Shown here piece after piece: positions 7,220 to 13,371 of a stretch of DNA of 13,371 bases (its first letter is position 1; each line of letters opens with the position of its first letter). Under the pieces are notes generated by a model, which searched no databases, had not been told where the DNA came from, and worked only from the letters and a program-made list of their open reading frames with translations. The stretch spans positions 1 through 13,371 of the forward strand of contig DATIBS010000119.1 in NCBI GenBank assembly GCA_035457305.1, written 5' to 3'. The position numbers were made by a program, and so were the translations under genes. Source of the DNA: Gemmatimonadales bacterium (lineage in GTDB: Bacteria; Gemmatimonadota; Gemmatimonadetes; Gemmatimonadales; GWC2-71-9).

Positions 7220-9871
7220 ATGCTCAGACCCGAACGACTCACGCTTCGCGGTCAGGAGGCCTTCCGCGACGCGGGGGAGGAAGCCCGGCGGCGCGGGAAT
7301 CCTGTCGTCAACGACGCGCACCTCTTCGCCGCGCTGCTGGGCCAGGAGGACACGGTCACCGTCCCGGTGCTGCAGAAGGCGGGGGTGAACCTCACCGCCC
7401 TGCGCGGGCAGGTGGAGCGGGAGATCGAGAAGTTCCCCCGGCAGGAGGGCGGCGCCGAGCCGAGCTTCAGCCGGGAGCTGCATCGGATCTTCGACCGGGC
7501 CGAGGCCGAGGCGAAGGCGCTGGGGGACGCCTACGTCTCCACCGAGCACCTGCTGCTCGCGCTCGCCGAGGAGAAGGGCACCACCGCCCGGGGACTGCTC
7601 TCGGCCCTGGGGGTGGACTCCGGGACGCTCCGGGAGGCGCTCACGGCGGTGCGGGGGGCGCACCGCGTGACCGACCAGAGCCCGGAGGAGAAGTACCAGG
7701 CGCTGGAGCGCTTCACCCGGAACCTCACCGACCAGGCGCGGCGCGGGAAGCTCGATCCGGTGATCGGGCGGGACGAGGAGGTCCGCCGCGTGATCCAGGT
7801 GCTGAGCCGCCGGACCAAGAACAACCCGGTGCTGATCGGCGAGCCGGGCGTCGGGAAGACCGCCATCGTCGAGGGGCTGGCGCAGCGCATCGTGAACGGC
7901 GACGTGCCGGAGTCGCTCCGCAACAAGGAGATCGTGGCACTCGATATCGGCCTCCTCCTGGCCGGGGCCAAGTACCGGGGCGAGTTCGAGGAGCGGCTGA
8001 AGGCGGTGGTGAAGGAGCTCACCGAGGCGGAGGGCCGCTTCATCACGTTCATCGACGAGCTCCACACCATCGTCGGCGCCGGCGCTGCGGAGGGGGCGGT
8101 GGACGCGAGCAACATGCTCAAGCCCCCGCTCTCGCGGGGCGAGCTCCACGTGGTGGGCGCCACCACGCTGGACGAGTACCGGAAGCACATCGAGAAGGAC
8201 GCCGCCCTCGAGCGCCGGTTCCAGCCGGTGTTCGTGGGGGAGCCGAGCGTCGAGGACACGATCGCGATCCTCCGCGGGCTCAAGGAGAAGTACGAGGTGC
8301 ACCACGGTGTCCGGATCACCGACAACGCACTGGTGGCGGCCGCGACGCTCTCCGACCGCTACATCGGCGACCGCTTCCTGCCCGACAAGGCCATCGACCT
8401 GGTGGACGAGGCGGCCAGCCGGCTCCGGATCGAGATCGACAGCCTGCCGCAGGAGATCGACGAGGTGGAGCGCCGGATCGTCCAGCTGGAGATCCAGCTG
8501 GCGGCCCTGAGGAAGGAGAAGGACAAGGCGGGTGTGGAGCGGCGGAAGGCGGTGGAGCAGGAGATCGCGGAGCTCCGCGAGCGCTCGGCGGGGATGAAGG
8601 CCCAGTGGCAGGCGGAGAAGGCGGCGATCCACGAAATGCAGGCCAAGAAGGCCGAACTCGAGGGGCTCAAGGCGGAGGTGGAAGCCGCCACGCGGCGGGG
8701 CGACCTGCAGCGGGCCGCCGAGCTCCGCTATGGACGGATCCCGGAGCTCGAGGCCGAGGTGCAGGCCGGCCAGGCGAAGCTCGCCGAGCTGCAGCAGTCG
8801 GCCCGCTACCTCAAGGAGGAGGTGGACGACGAGGACATCGCCCAGGTGGTGGCCAAGTGGACCGGCATCCCGGTGAGCCGGATGCTCGAGTCCGAGCGGG
8901 AGCGCCTGGCGCACCTCGAGTCCGAGCTGGCGAAGCGGGTGGTGGGCCAGGGCGATGCGGTCGAGGCGGTGTCGAACGCGGTGCGGCGGAGCCGCGCGGG
9001 ACTGCAGGACCCCAACCGGCCGACCGGCTCGTTCATCTTCCTCGGCCCCACCGGCGTGGGGAAGACCGAGACCGCGCGCGCCCTGGCGGAGCTCCTCTTC
9101 GACGACGAGCGCGCCATGGTGCGGCTCGACATGTCGGAGTACATGGAGAAGCACGCGGTGGCGCGGATGATCGGCGCGCCCCCGGGCTACGTGGGCTACG
9201 AGGAGGGCGGACAGCTCACCGAGGCGGTCAGGCGCCGGCCCTATTCGGTCATTCTCTTCGACGAGATCGAGAAGGCCCATCCCGACGTCTTCAACCTCCT
9301 GCTGCAGGTCCTCGACGACGGGCGGCTCACCGACAGCCAGGGCCGCACGGTGGACTTCCGCAACGCCGTGATCATCATGACCTCGAACCTCGGCAGCCAG
9401 TACATCGTGGAGGCCGGGGCAGGCGCCGAGGGGGAGGCGTGGGAGCGGGTGGCCGACCAGGTGCGCGCCGAGCTCCGGCGCCACTTCCGCCCGGAGTTCC
9501 TCAACCGGGTGGACGATGTGATCGTCTTCCGCCCGCTCTCGCGCGACGACCTCGCCCGGATCGTCGAGCTGCAGATGACGAAGCTCCGGCAGATGCTGGC
9601 GGGCCGGGGGATCGCGCTCGAGCTCACCCCCGCGGCGCTTGAACTGCTGGCGGCGGAGGGCTACGATCCGCTGTACGGGGCGCGCCCGCTCAAGCGGGTG
9701 ATCCAGCGGCGGCTGCAGAACCCGATGGCGCTGGAGCTGCTCGAGGGCCGGTTCGCCGAGGGCGACCGGATCCTGGCCGATGCGCGAGGTGGCGAGCTCG
9801 TGTTCGAGCGCCGCGCCGCGCCGGCGCCCAGCGAGGCGCCCGTCGAGCCGGTGCCCGCGGGCGCCCGGTAG
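7220..9871 (+). CDS. clpB: ATP-dependent chaperone and disaggregase ClpB (Hsp100 family, two AAA+ modules with an M-domain).
   Basis: The N-domain is [25 protein letters not shown]1 has Walker [16 protein letters not shown] and Walker [14 protein letters not shown] long coiled-coil M-domain follows ([23 protein letters not shown]...). NBD2 has Walker [16 protein letters not shown], Walker [14 protein letters not shown] and a sensor-2 [10 protein letters not shown]. An RBS GGAAAGGGA lies upstream of ATG 7220. The protein is 883 aa. The ORF-track starts at 7136 and 7129 extend upstream into untranslated sequence or use the wrong frame. Confidence 0.93.
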   Translation: MLRPERLTLRGQEAFRDAGEEARRRGNPVVNDAHLFAALLGQEDTVTVPVLQKAGVNLTALRGQVEREIEKFPRQEGGAEPSFSRELHRIFDRAEAEAKALGDAYVSTEHLLLALAEEKGTTARGLLSALGVDSGTLREALTAVRGAHRVTDQSPEEKYQALERFTRNLTDQARRGKLDPVIGRDEEVRRVIQVLSRRTKNNPVLIGEPGVGKTAIVEGLAQRIVNGDVPESLRNKEIVALDIGLLLAGAKYRGEFEERLKAVVKELTEAEGRFITFIDELHTIVGAGAAEGAVDASNMLKPPLSRGELHVVGATTLDEYRKHIEKDAALERRFQPVFVGEPSVEDTIAILRGLKEKYEVHHGVRITDNALVAAATLSDRYIGDRFLPDKAIDLVDEAASRLRIEIDSLPQEIDEVERRIVQLEIQLAALRKEKDKAGVERRKAVEQEIAELRERSAGMKAQWQAEKAAIHEMQAKKAELEGLKAEVEAATRRGDLQRAAELRYGRIPELEAEVQAGQAKLAELQQSARYLKEEVDDEDIAQVVAKWTGIPVSRMLESERERLAHLESELAKRVVGQGDAVEAVSNAVRRSRAGLQDPNRPTGSFIFLGPTGVGKTETARALAELLFDDERAMVRLDMSEYMEKHAVARMIGAPPGYVGYEEGGQLTEAVRRRPYSVILFDEIEKAHPDVFNLLLQVLDDGRLTDSQGRTVDFRNAVIIMTSNLGSQYIVEAGAGAEGEAWERVADQVRAELRRHFRPEFLNRVDDVIVFRPLSRDDLARIVELQMTKLRQMLAGRGIALELTPAALELLAAEGYDPLYGARPLKRVIQRRLQNPMALELLEGRFAEGDRILADARGGELVFERRAAPAPSEAPVEPVPAGAR

Positions 9872-9938
9872 GGGGGCGGGCGGGGCCCGCTCCCCGGTCC
9901 CCGGTCCCCCTTCCCCGGTCCCTGGCCCGGAGGGTCGA

Positions 9939-10448
9939 ATGCGCCGCGGTCTCCCCAGTCCCGCCGACGCGGCCGGCATGGAGGCGGCGCTCCGCCTCGC
10001 CCGGGCCGCTGCGGTGCGGGAGGAGGTGCCGGTGGGCGCGGTGGTAGTCCGCGACGGCGTCCTCCTCGCCGAGGCGCACAACGAGACCATCCAGCGGAAG
10101 GACCCTACCGCCCATGCCGAGCTGCTGGCAATGCAGCGCGCGATGGCGCACGCGGGGGAGGACCGACTGGTTGGCGCCACGCTCTACGTCACGCTCGAGC
10201 CGTGCGCGCAGTGCGCCGGGGCCATCGTCCTCAGCAAGGTGAGCCGGGTGGTGTTCGGCGCCTGGGACAGCCGGGCCGGGATGGCCGGCTCGATCCACGA
10301 CCTTCTCCGGCATCCGCGGCTCAACCACCACCCCGAGGTGATTGGCGGCATCCTCGAGGCGGAGTGCGGAGAGCTGCTCAAGCGCTTCTTCCATGCGCGG
10401 CGCTGGGGCCGGGAGCACGAGCTCGACGACGAGCCGGGATTGGCGTAA
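9939..10448 (+). CDS. tadA: tRNA-specific adenosine-34 deaminase TadA (CDA-fold zinc deaminase).
   Basis: Zinc-binding motifs HAE (HNETIQRKDPTAHAELLAM) and PCAQCAGA are present, as is the typical TadA core (ATLYVTLEPCAQCAGAIVLSKVSRVVFGAWDSRAG). An SD GGAGGG lies 5-10 nt upstream of ATG 9939. The protein is 169 aa. The 9780 track start would add a Pro/Arg-rich N-terminus translated from the intergenic region. Confidence 0.85.
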   Translation: MRRGLPSPADAAGMEAALRLARAAAVREEVPVGAVVVRDGVLLAEAHNETIQRKDPTAHAELLAMQRAMAHAGEDRLVGATLYVTLEPCAQCAGAIVLSKVSRVVFGAWDSRAGMAGSIHDLLRHPRLNHHPEVIGGILEAECGELLKRFFHARRWGREHELDDEPGLA

Positions 10449-10450
10449 CA

Positions 10451-10545
10451 GGGTCGAACGTCGACGATCGACGGTCGAAGGTCGAAGGTCGAAGGTCGAA
10501 GGTCGATGCGGACCTTCGACCTTCGACCTTTGACCAGCCGAAGGG
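10451..10545. repeat. Tandem heptamer array (GGTCGAA)n, about 5 perfect units plus degenerate flanking units. It is followed by about 3 inverted copies (GACCTTC) and forms a long near-perfect hairpin with a stem of roughly 25 bp and a GATGCG loop.
   Basis: The sequence read directly is ggtcgaacgtcgacgatcgacGGTCGAAGGTCGAAGGTCGAAGGTCGAAGGTCgatgcgGACCTTCGACCTTCGACCTTtgacc. Base-pairing checked by hand gives 20 consecutive Watson-Crick pairs, then a G-U wobble and 4 more pairs. It lies between the tadA stop (10448) and tRNA-Ser (10570). Confidence 0.8.
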
Positions 10546-10569
10546 CGCCGCTAGATTTCCCGCCCCGCT

Positions 10570-10656
10570 GGACAGGTGTCCGAGTGGCTGAAGGAGCCGG
10601 TCTCGAAAACCGGTATACCGGCAACGGTATCGTGGGTTCGAATCCCACCCTGTCCG
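10570..10656 (+). tRNA. tRNA-Ser, anticodon CGA. Class II with a long variable arm. The CCA end is not encoded.
   Basis: The acceptor is GGACAGG/CCTGTCC with discriminator G. The D arm is TCC-GAGTGGCTGAA-GGA. The anticodon stem is CCGGT/ACCGG with loop CTCGAAA, giving anticodon CGA. The variable arm is 18 nt. The T arm is GTGGG-TTCGAAT-CCCAC. Confidence 0.85.
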
Positions 10657-10662
10657 TCAAAC

Positions 10663-10704
10663 CGAGCGGGGGCCCCGTCACCGGAGCCCCCGCTCGTTCG
10701 TTCC
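10663..10704. terminator. Convergent, possibly bidirectional terminator hairpin between tRNA-Ser and the minus-strand lipoprotein gene.
   Basis: The 11-bp stem CGAGCGGGGGC (10663-10673) pairs with GCCCCCGCTCG (10686-10696) around a 12-nt loop. TTCGTTCC follows on the + side. It lies 6 nt after the tRNA 3' end and 18 nt before the stop of the convergent CDS. The U-tract is weak. Confidence 0.5.
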
Positions 10705-10721
10705 CGCCTTCCGCGCCGCGC

Positions 10722-11942
10722 CTACGGCACCGGTTTCGCCGCCGGCACGAAGCTCGCCACCAGTCCCGCATGGTCCGACGGCCAGAGCGTCACCGGCTGC
10801 CCCAGCGCGTCGGTGGCGCTGAACCGGTCGCCCGCCTCCTCGCCCAGCAGCTCGAACTTCATCGTCGCGCCGAGGGACTGCGACGGAACGAAGCCGCGCA
10901 GGAAGATGAAGTCGATGCGCTGATCGAACGACGGTGTGGCGTTGGAAAGGTCGCCGGCGTGACAGCAGGTCTTGCCGTCGGTCGCGCCCCCGCCGAAGAG
11001 CACCCAGGCATCCGAGTATCCCGCCTGGGTGACGAGGCCGTAGGTCGGCGTGGTGGTGCCGGCCGGGGCATCGGGATTCGCGGCGGAATTGAAGTCCCCC
11101 GTCAGGATCACCGGTAGCGTCTCCCCGGCGAAGATCGTCACCAGCTCCTGTCCCTGCGCCGCGTTGAGCAGGCCGTCGGCCGGCCCCTGCGTCTCGAGGT
11201 GCGAATTGACGAACCGGAAGGAGCGGTCGCCCACCTGCGCACTCGCCGCCGTCCATCCGCGGAGGATGGAGAATCCCCCGCCGAGCGGCGCGAGTGTCGA
11301 AAAGACCGCCCATGTCTCGTCCCACGTGCTCACGTCGCCGCGGGCGAGGATTGCGTCGCTGTCCTGAAAGCGCGCCAGAGCCGGGCCCGGCGTGTACCCA
11401 TTGGTCGGGTCGGGAACCAGCGCCGGCAGCTGGAAGTCGGTGAGCGACGACTGCACCACGCTCCGATAGTCGAGACCGCGGGCCGCCAGCGCGTCCAGCA
11501 GCAGCTCCAGGAAGTCGAACTGCACCAGCTCGCCGAGCTGCGGGTTGGTGAGCGAGAGGAGGGTGTAGGTCGTCACCTCCTGCAGGCCAACCATCACCGG
11601 GCGCGATTTCGCGATTTCGTCCGCCAGCGCCTCGGCCCGGGCGGCGAAATTGGTCTGCAGCACGATGAGCCACGCCGCCGAGGTTGCCGGCGCCACGGCG
11701 GCCGCCAGCTCCTCGTTCGTCGGGGTCGGGTCGGTGGCGAAGTAGGTCGCGATCGCCTCCGCGATCGGATCGATGTCCGTCCCGAGATAGAGGTTGCGCG
11801 AGAGGACGGTGATGCCCCGATGGCCGCTGGGGGGAGGGCCGGAGCGGAAGTCCGCGTCGGGCCCGACGGTGGACTGGTCGGCACAGCCGGAGAGCGCGAA
11901 GGCTCCCGCGAGGGCGAGTGCCAGAGGACGACGGTAGCCCAT
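10722..11942 (-). CDS. Endonuclease/exonuclease/phosphatase (EEP) family lipoprotein, probably secreted or surface-anchored.
   Basis: The lipoprotein signal is MGYRRPLALALAGAFALSGC, with lipobox LSGC. C-terminal EEP-fold catalytic motifs are present (FRFVNSHLE, ILTGDFNS, WPSDHAGLVASF). An SD GGAG lies about 7 nt upstream of the ATG, read on the reverse complement. The protein is 406 aa. The overlapping 431-aa minus-strand ORF (10678-11973) in another frame is Arg/Pro/Gly junk. Confidence 0.8.
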   Translation of the reverse strand: MGYRRPLALALAGAFALSGCADQSTVGPDADFRSGPPPSGHRGITVLSRNLYLGTDIDPIAEAIATYFATDPTPTNEELAAAVAPATSAAWLIVLQTNFAARAEALADEIAKSRPVMVGLQEVTTYTLLSLTNPQLGELVQFDFLELLLDALAARGLDYRSVVQSSLTDFQLPALVPDPTNGYTPGPALARFQDSDAILARGDVSTWDETWAVFSTLAPLGGGFSILRGWTAASAQVGDRSFRFVNSHLETQGPADGLLNAAQGQELVTIFAGETLPVILTGDFNSAANPDAPAGTTTPTYGLVTQAGYSDAWVLFGGGATDGKTCCHAGDLSNATPSFDQRIDFIFLRGFVPSQSLGATMKFELLGEEAGDRFSATDALGQPVTLWPSDHAGLVASFVPAAKPVP

Positions 11943-11986
11943 AGATTGCTCCAGAGGGAGTGACGGGCCCCAATAGGCTCCGCCCC

Positions 11987-12020
11987 GGTCAAGGGCGCGT
12001 CAAGGGCGGGCAAGTGGGTG
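11987..12020. promoter_or_regulatory. Direct-repeat motif GTCAAGGGCG x2 (plus a GCAAGTGGG half-copy) in the divergent intergenic region between the EEP lipoprotein gene and the small + ORF.
   Basis: The sequence is ggtcaagggcgcGTCAAGGGCGgGCAAGTGGGtgacgg. The repeats are spaced 11 nt apart, about one helical turn. They lie about 45 nt upstream of the EEP gene start and about 30-60 nt upstream of the small ORF start. Confidence 0.3.
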
Positions 12021-12045
12021 ACGGTACTGAACCTGGAGGGATGTC

Positions 12046-12267
12046 GTGACACTGCGCGGGATTGCCGACAGCCTTCCGGCGGCCGCCGGGAACGACCCGT
12101 TCGGCTGCCTCGCGAGCGGAAACTGCCCCCCGGCCGAGGGGCCGTTCCCGCCGGGCACCTCCGCGATGCTCTTCCTCGCCGTCGGGCTCGTGACCTGGGG
12201 CGTGGCAGTGCACCGGCTCCGCCGTCGCCCCCCGGTCTCCCCCCCGCCTACTGCAGGTTCTTCCTGA
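12046..12267 (+). CDS. Hypothetical small (73 aa) tail-anchored membrane protein. It is Cys/Pro-rich, with a C-terminal TM helix followed by an RLRRR cluster.
   Basis: A GTG start is preceded by a strong SD GGAGGG at an 8-nt spacing. Third-codon-position GC is very high (about 85-90%), as in the bona fide genes here. The product is MTLRGIADSLPAAAGNDPFGCLASGNCPPAEGPFPPGTSAMLFLAVGLVTWGVAVHRLRRRPPVSPPPTAGSS. Its 3' end overlaps, convergently, the stop of the SPFH gene by about 20 nt. There is no recognisable homology, so the call rests on signals only. Confidence 0.4.
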   Translation: MTLRGIADSLPAAAGNDPFGCLASGNCPPAEGPFPPGTSAMLFLAVGLVTWGVAVHRLRRRPPVSPPPTAGSS

Positions 12268-13165
12268 GCCCTTCGAGGCTCAGGAGCGGCACCCCGCCCT
12301 CCGTCGGCACGATCAGCACCAGGTTGTTCGACGTCCGGAGCTGCTCCAGCACCTCCAGGTACTGCTTGGTCAGCGCCTCGGGCGTGAGCGTCACGTTGAG
12401 GAGCCGCTGCTGCTCGGCTTGCAGCCGGGCCACCTCGACCCGGTGCTGCTCGGTCTGGATGCGCTGCTCCTGGGCGATCTTGTCGTTGATCGCCTGCACC
12501 ACCTGCGGCGGCGGCTGGAGGTTTCGCAGGAAGAACGCTGTCACCTGGGCCACCTTGAACGGGGCGGAGCCGTCCGGCGGGCTCGTGGTGAGCGCCGAGT
12601 CCACCTCCGCCTCCATCGTCGTGGCGATGCGGTTGCGCTCCGCGATGTCGTTGATCGAGTAGACCACCATCCCGTCCCGGACGCCGTTCCGGATGGCGTT
12701 CTTCACCATCGACTCGATCCGCTCCTGCGCTCCGATCTCCCGGAAGATCCTCGGCGCCGTCTGGGGGTCGATCTGCCACCGGAGTGCCACGTCGATCTTC
12801 ATCCCCATCTGCTCCCGCGAGAGGGCGTCGATCTGCTCGACCTCTTCGGCGCTCTCGGGAAACTGCTCCTCGCGGGTGGAGAAGTACTCGACCGACGACC
12901 ACGGCTCGACGAACCGGATGCCGGGGAGCAGCGGCCTCGGGTGGACCCTGCCGAAGGCGTGCTTGACCCCGACCTTGCCGGCGTCGATGACCTTCACCAT
13001 CGATGTGCCGACGATCAGGATCCCGAGGAGTGCGGCGAGCAGGCCGCCGAGCCGGAAGGCCCACGCGGGGCCCCCGCGCCCTTCGCCCTTGGCGAGGCCG
13101 GCGGCGGTCGAGAGGAGGAGCAGGGCGACGCCGAAGCAGATCACGACGAGGACGACCTTGGACAC
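12248..13165 (-). CDS. SPFH/band-7 (stomatin/prohibitin/HflK-C-like) membrane protein.
   Basis: Two N-terminal hydrophobic segments are followed by a PHB domain (VKVIDAGKVGVKHAFGRVHPRPLLPGIRFVEPWSSVEYFSTREEQFPE...MGMKIDVALRWQIDPQTAPRIFREIG...VKNAIRNGVRDGMVVYSINDIAERN). A C-terminal coiled coil is present (AQEQRIQTEQHRVEVARLQAEQQRLL). The start is assigned to GTG (13163-13165), which has an SD GGAGG 5 nt upstream on the reverse complement. The track ATG at 13240 is an in-frame alternative giving 330 aa. Confidence 0.8.
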   Translation of the reverse strand: MSKVVLVVICFGVALLLLSTAAGLAKGEGRGGPAWAFRLGGLLAALLGILIVGTSMVKVIDAGKVGVKHAFGRVHPRPLLPGIRFVEPWSSVEYFSTREEQFPESAEEVEQIDALSREQMGMKIDVALRWQIDPQTAPRIFREIGAQERIESMVKNAIRNGVRDGMVVYSINDIAERNRIATTMEAEVDSALTTSPPDGSAPFKVAQVTAFFLRNLQPPPQVVQAINDKIAQEQRIQTEQHRVEVARLQAEQQRLLNVTLTPEALTKQYLEVLEQLRTSNNLVLIVPTEGGVPLLSLEGLRKNLQ

Positions 13166-13284
13166 GACTGCCTCCGGGGCGGGGAAGTGGGCGGCCGCGA
13201 GGACCGGATGCAATATCGACCCGCGGCGCCCGCCGCGCATCGGTGGAAAACCCGCCGGGTGGCGATTAGAATCCCGCCCGTCGG

Positions 13285-13371
13285 GACAGGTGCTCGAGTG
13301 GTTTAAGAGGCACGCCTGGAGAGCGTGTAGACCCCAAAAGGGTCACGTGGGTTCGAATCCCACCCTGTCCG
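13285..13371 (+). tRNA. tRNA-Ser, anticodon GGA. Class II. It runs to the window edge, with discriminator G as the last base and CCA not visible.
   Basis: The acceptor is GGACAGG/CCTGTCC. The D arm is CTC-GAGTGGTTTAA-GAG. The anticodon stem is CACGC/GCGTG with loop CTGGAGA, giving anticodon GGA. A long variable arm precedes the T arm GTGGG-TTCGAAT-CCCAC. The acceptor and T arm are identical to those of the tRNA at 10570. Confidence 0.85.

Noticed and set aside
9872-9938. CCCCGGTCC-like direct repeats (about 3 copies) and a G-run/C-run between clpB and tadA.
   Set aside because: It is a short, degenerate, GC-rich low-complexity spacer. Only a weak 5-bp hairpin (GCGGG/CCCGC) can form, and there is no U-tract. 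It most likely just separates clpB from the tadA RBS.
7055-10180. A 1041-aa minus-strand ORF and a 837-aa + strand off-frame ORF (7129-9642) across clpB.
   Set aside because: clpB (7220-9871, frame 2) shows complete Walker A/B, sensor and M-domain motifs. The competing frames translate to RGPA-rich junk.
10451-10545. A possible CRISPR array, considered because of the tandem short repeats.
   Set aside because: The units are 7 nt, contiguous with no spacers, and followed by inverted copies. This is a simple-sequence hairpin. No cas genes are nearby.
10678-11973. A 431-aa minus-strand ORF overlapping the EEP lipoprotein gene in another frame, and the + strand ORFs 11199-11963 and 10506-11117.
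   Set aside because: They are low-complexity Arg/Gly-rich with no signal peptide or motifs. The 10722-11942 frame has a lipoprotein signal, EEP catalytic motifs and an SD.
12000-13064. A 354-aa minus-strand ORF and a 295-aa + strand ORF (12419-13306) overlapping the SPFH gene.
   Set aside because: These alternative-frame and antisense products are Arg/Gly/Pro/Asp-rich. The SPFH frame has TM segments, a PHB domain and a coiled coil.

Overview
This is a 13.4-kb chromosomal segment with very high GC (about 70-75%) from a Gram-negative-type genome. The GC level, the abundance of lipoproteins and the FlgD/T9SS-like tail domain hint at Gemmatimonadota or a similar high-GC diderm, with low confidence. 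Genes are dense and mostly on the + strand. The order is: the 3' end of a FecCD-type ABC permease, overlapping by GTGA a FecE/BtuD-type ABC ATPase, then a BtuB-like TonB-dependent receptor, then a YncE/BtuG-like beta-propeller lipoprotein. After these come recO overlapping selB (GTGA overlap) and an intrinsic terminator. Next is a monocistronic small secreted protein that consists only of a T9SS-CTD/FlgD-Ig-like domain, followed by a terminator. Then come clpB, tadA, a (GGTCGAA)n heptamer array that folds into a roughly 25-bp hairpin, and tRNA-Ser(CGA) followed by a convergent terminator hairpin. On the minus strand are an endonuclease/exonuclease/phosphatase-family lipoprotein and an SPFH/band-7 membrane protein. 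Between them, on the + strand, a 73-aa ORF with a strong SD encodes a tail-anchored membrane protein. A second tRNA-Ser(GGA) runs off the 3' edge of the window. The very long antisense and off-frame ORFs in the track (Arg/Pro/Gly/Ala-rich) are high-GC artefacts. I see no CRISPR array, no integrase or transposase, and no defence-system genes that I can recognise. The most unusual items are the domain-only secreted protein, the small tail-anchored ORF, the heptamer hairpin next to the tRNA, and the receptor/beta-propeller pair.
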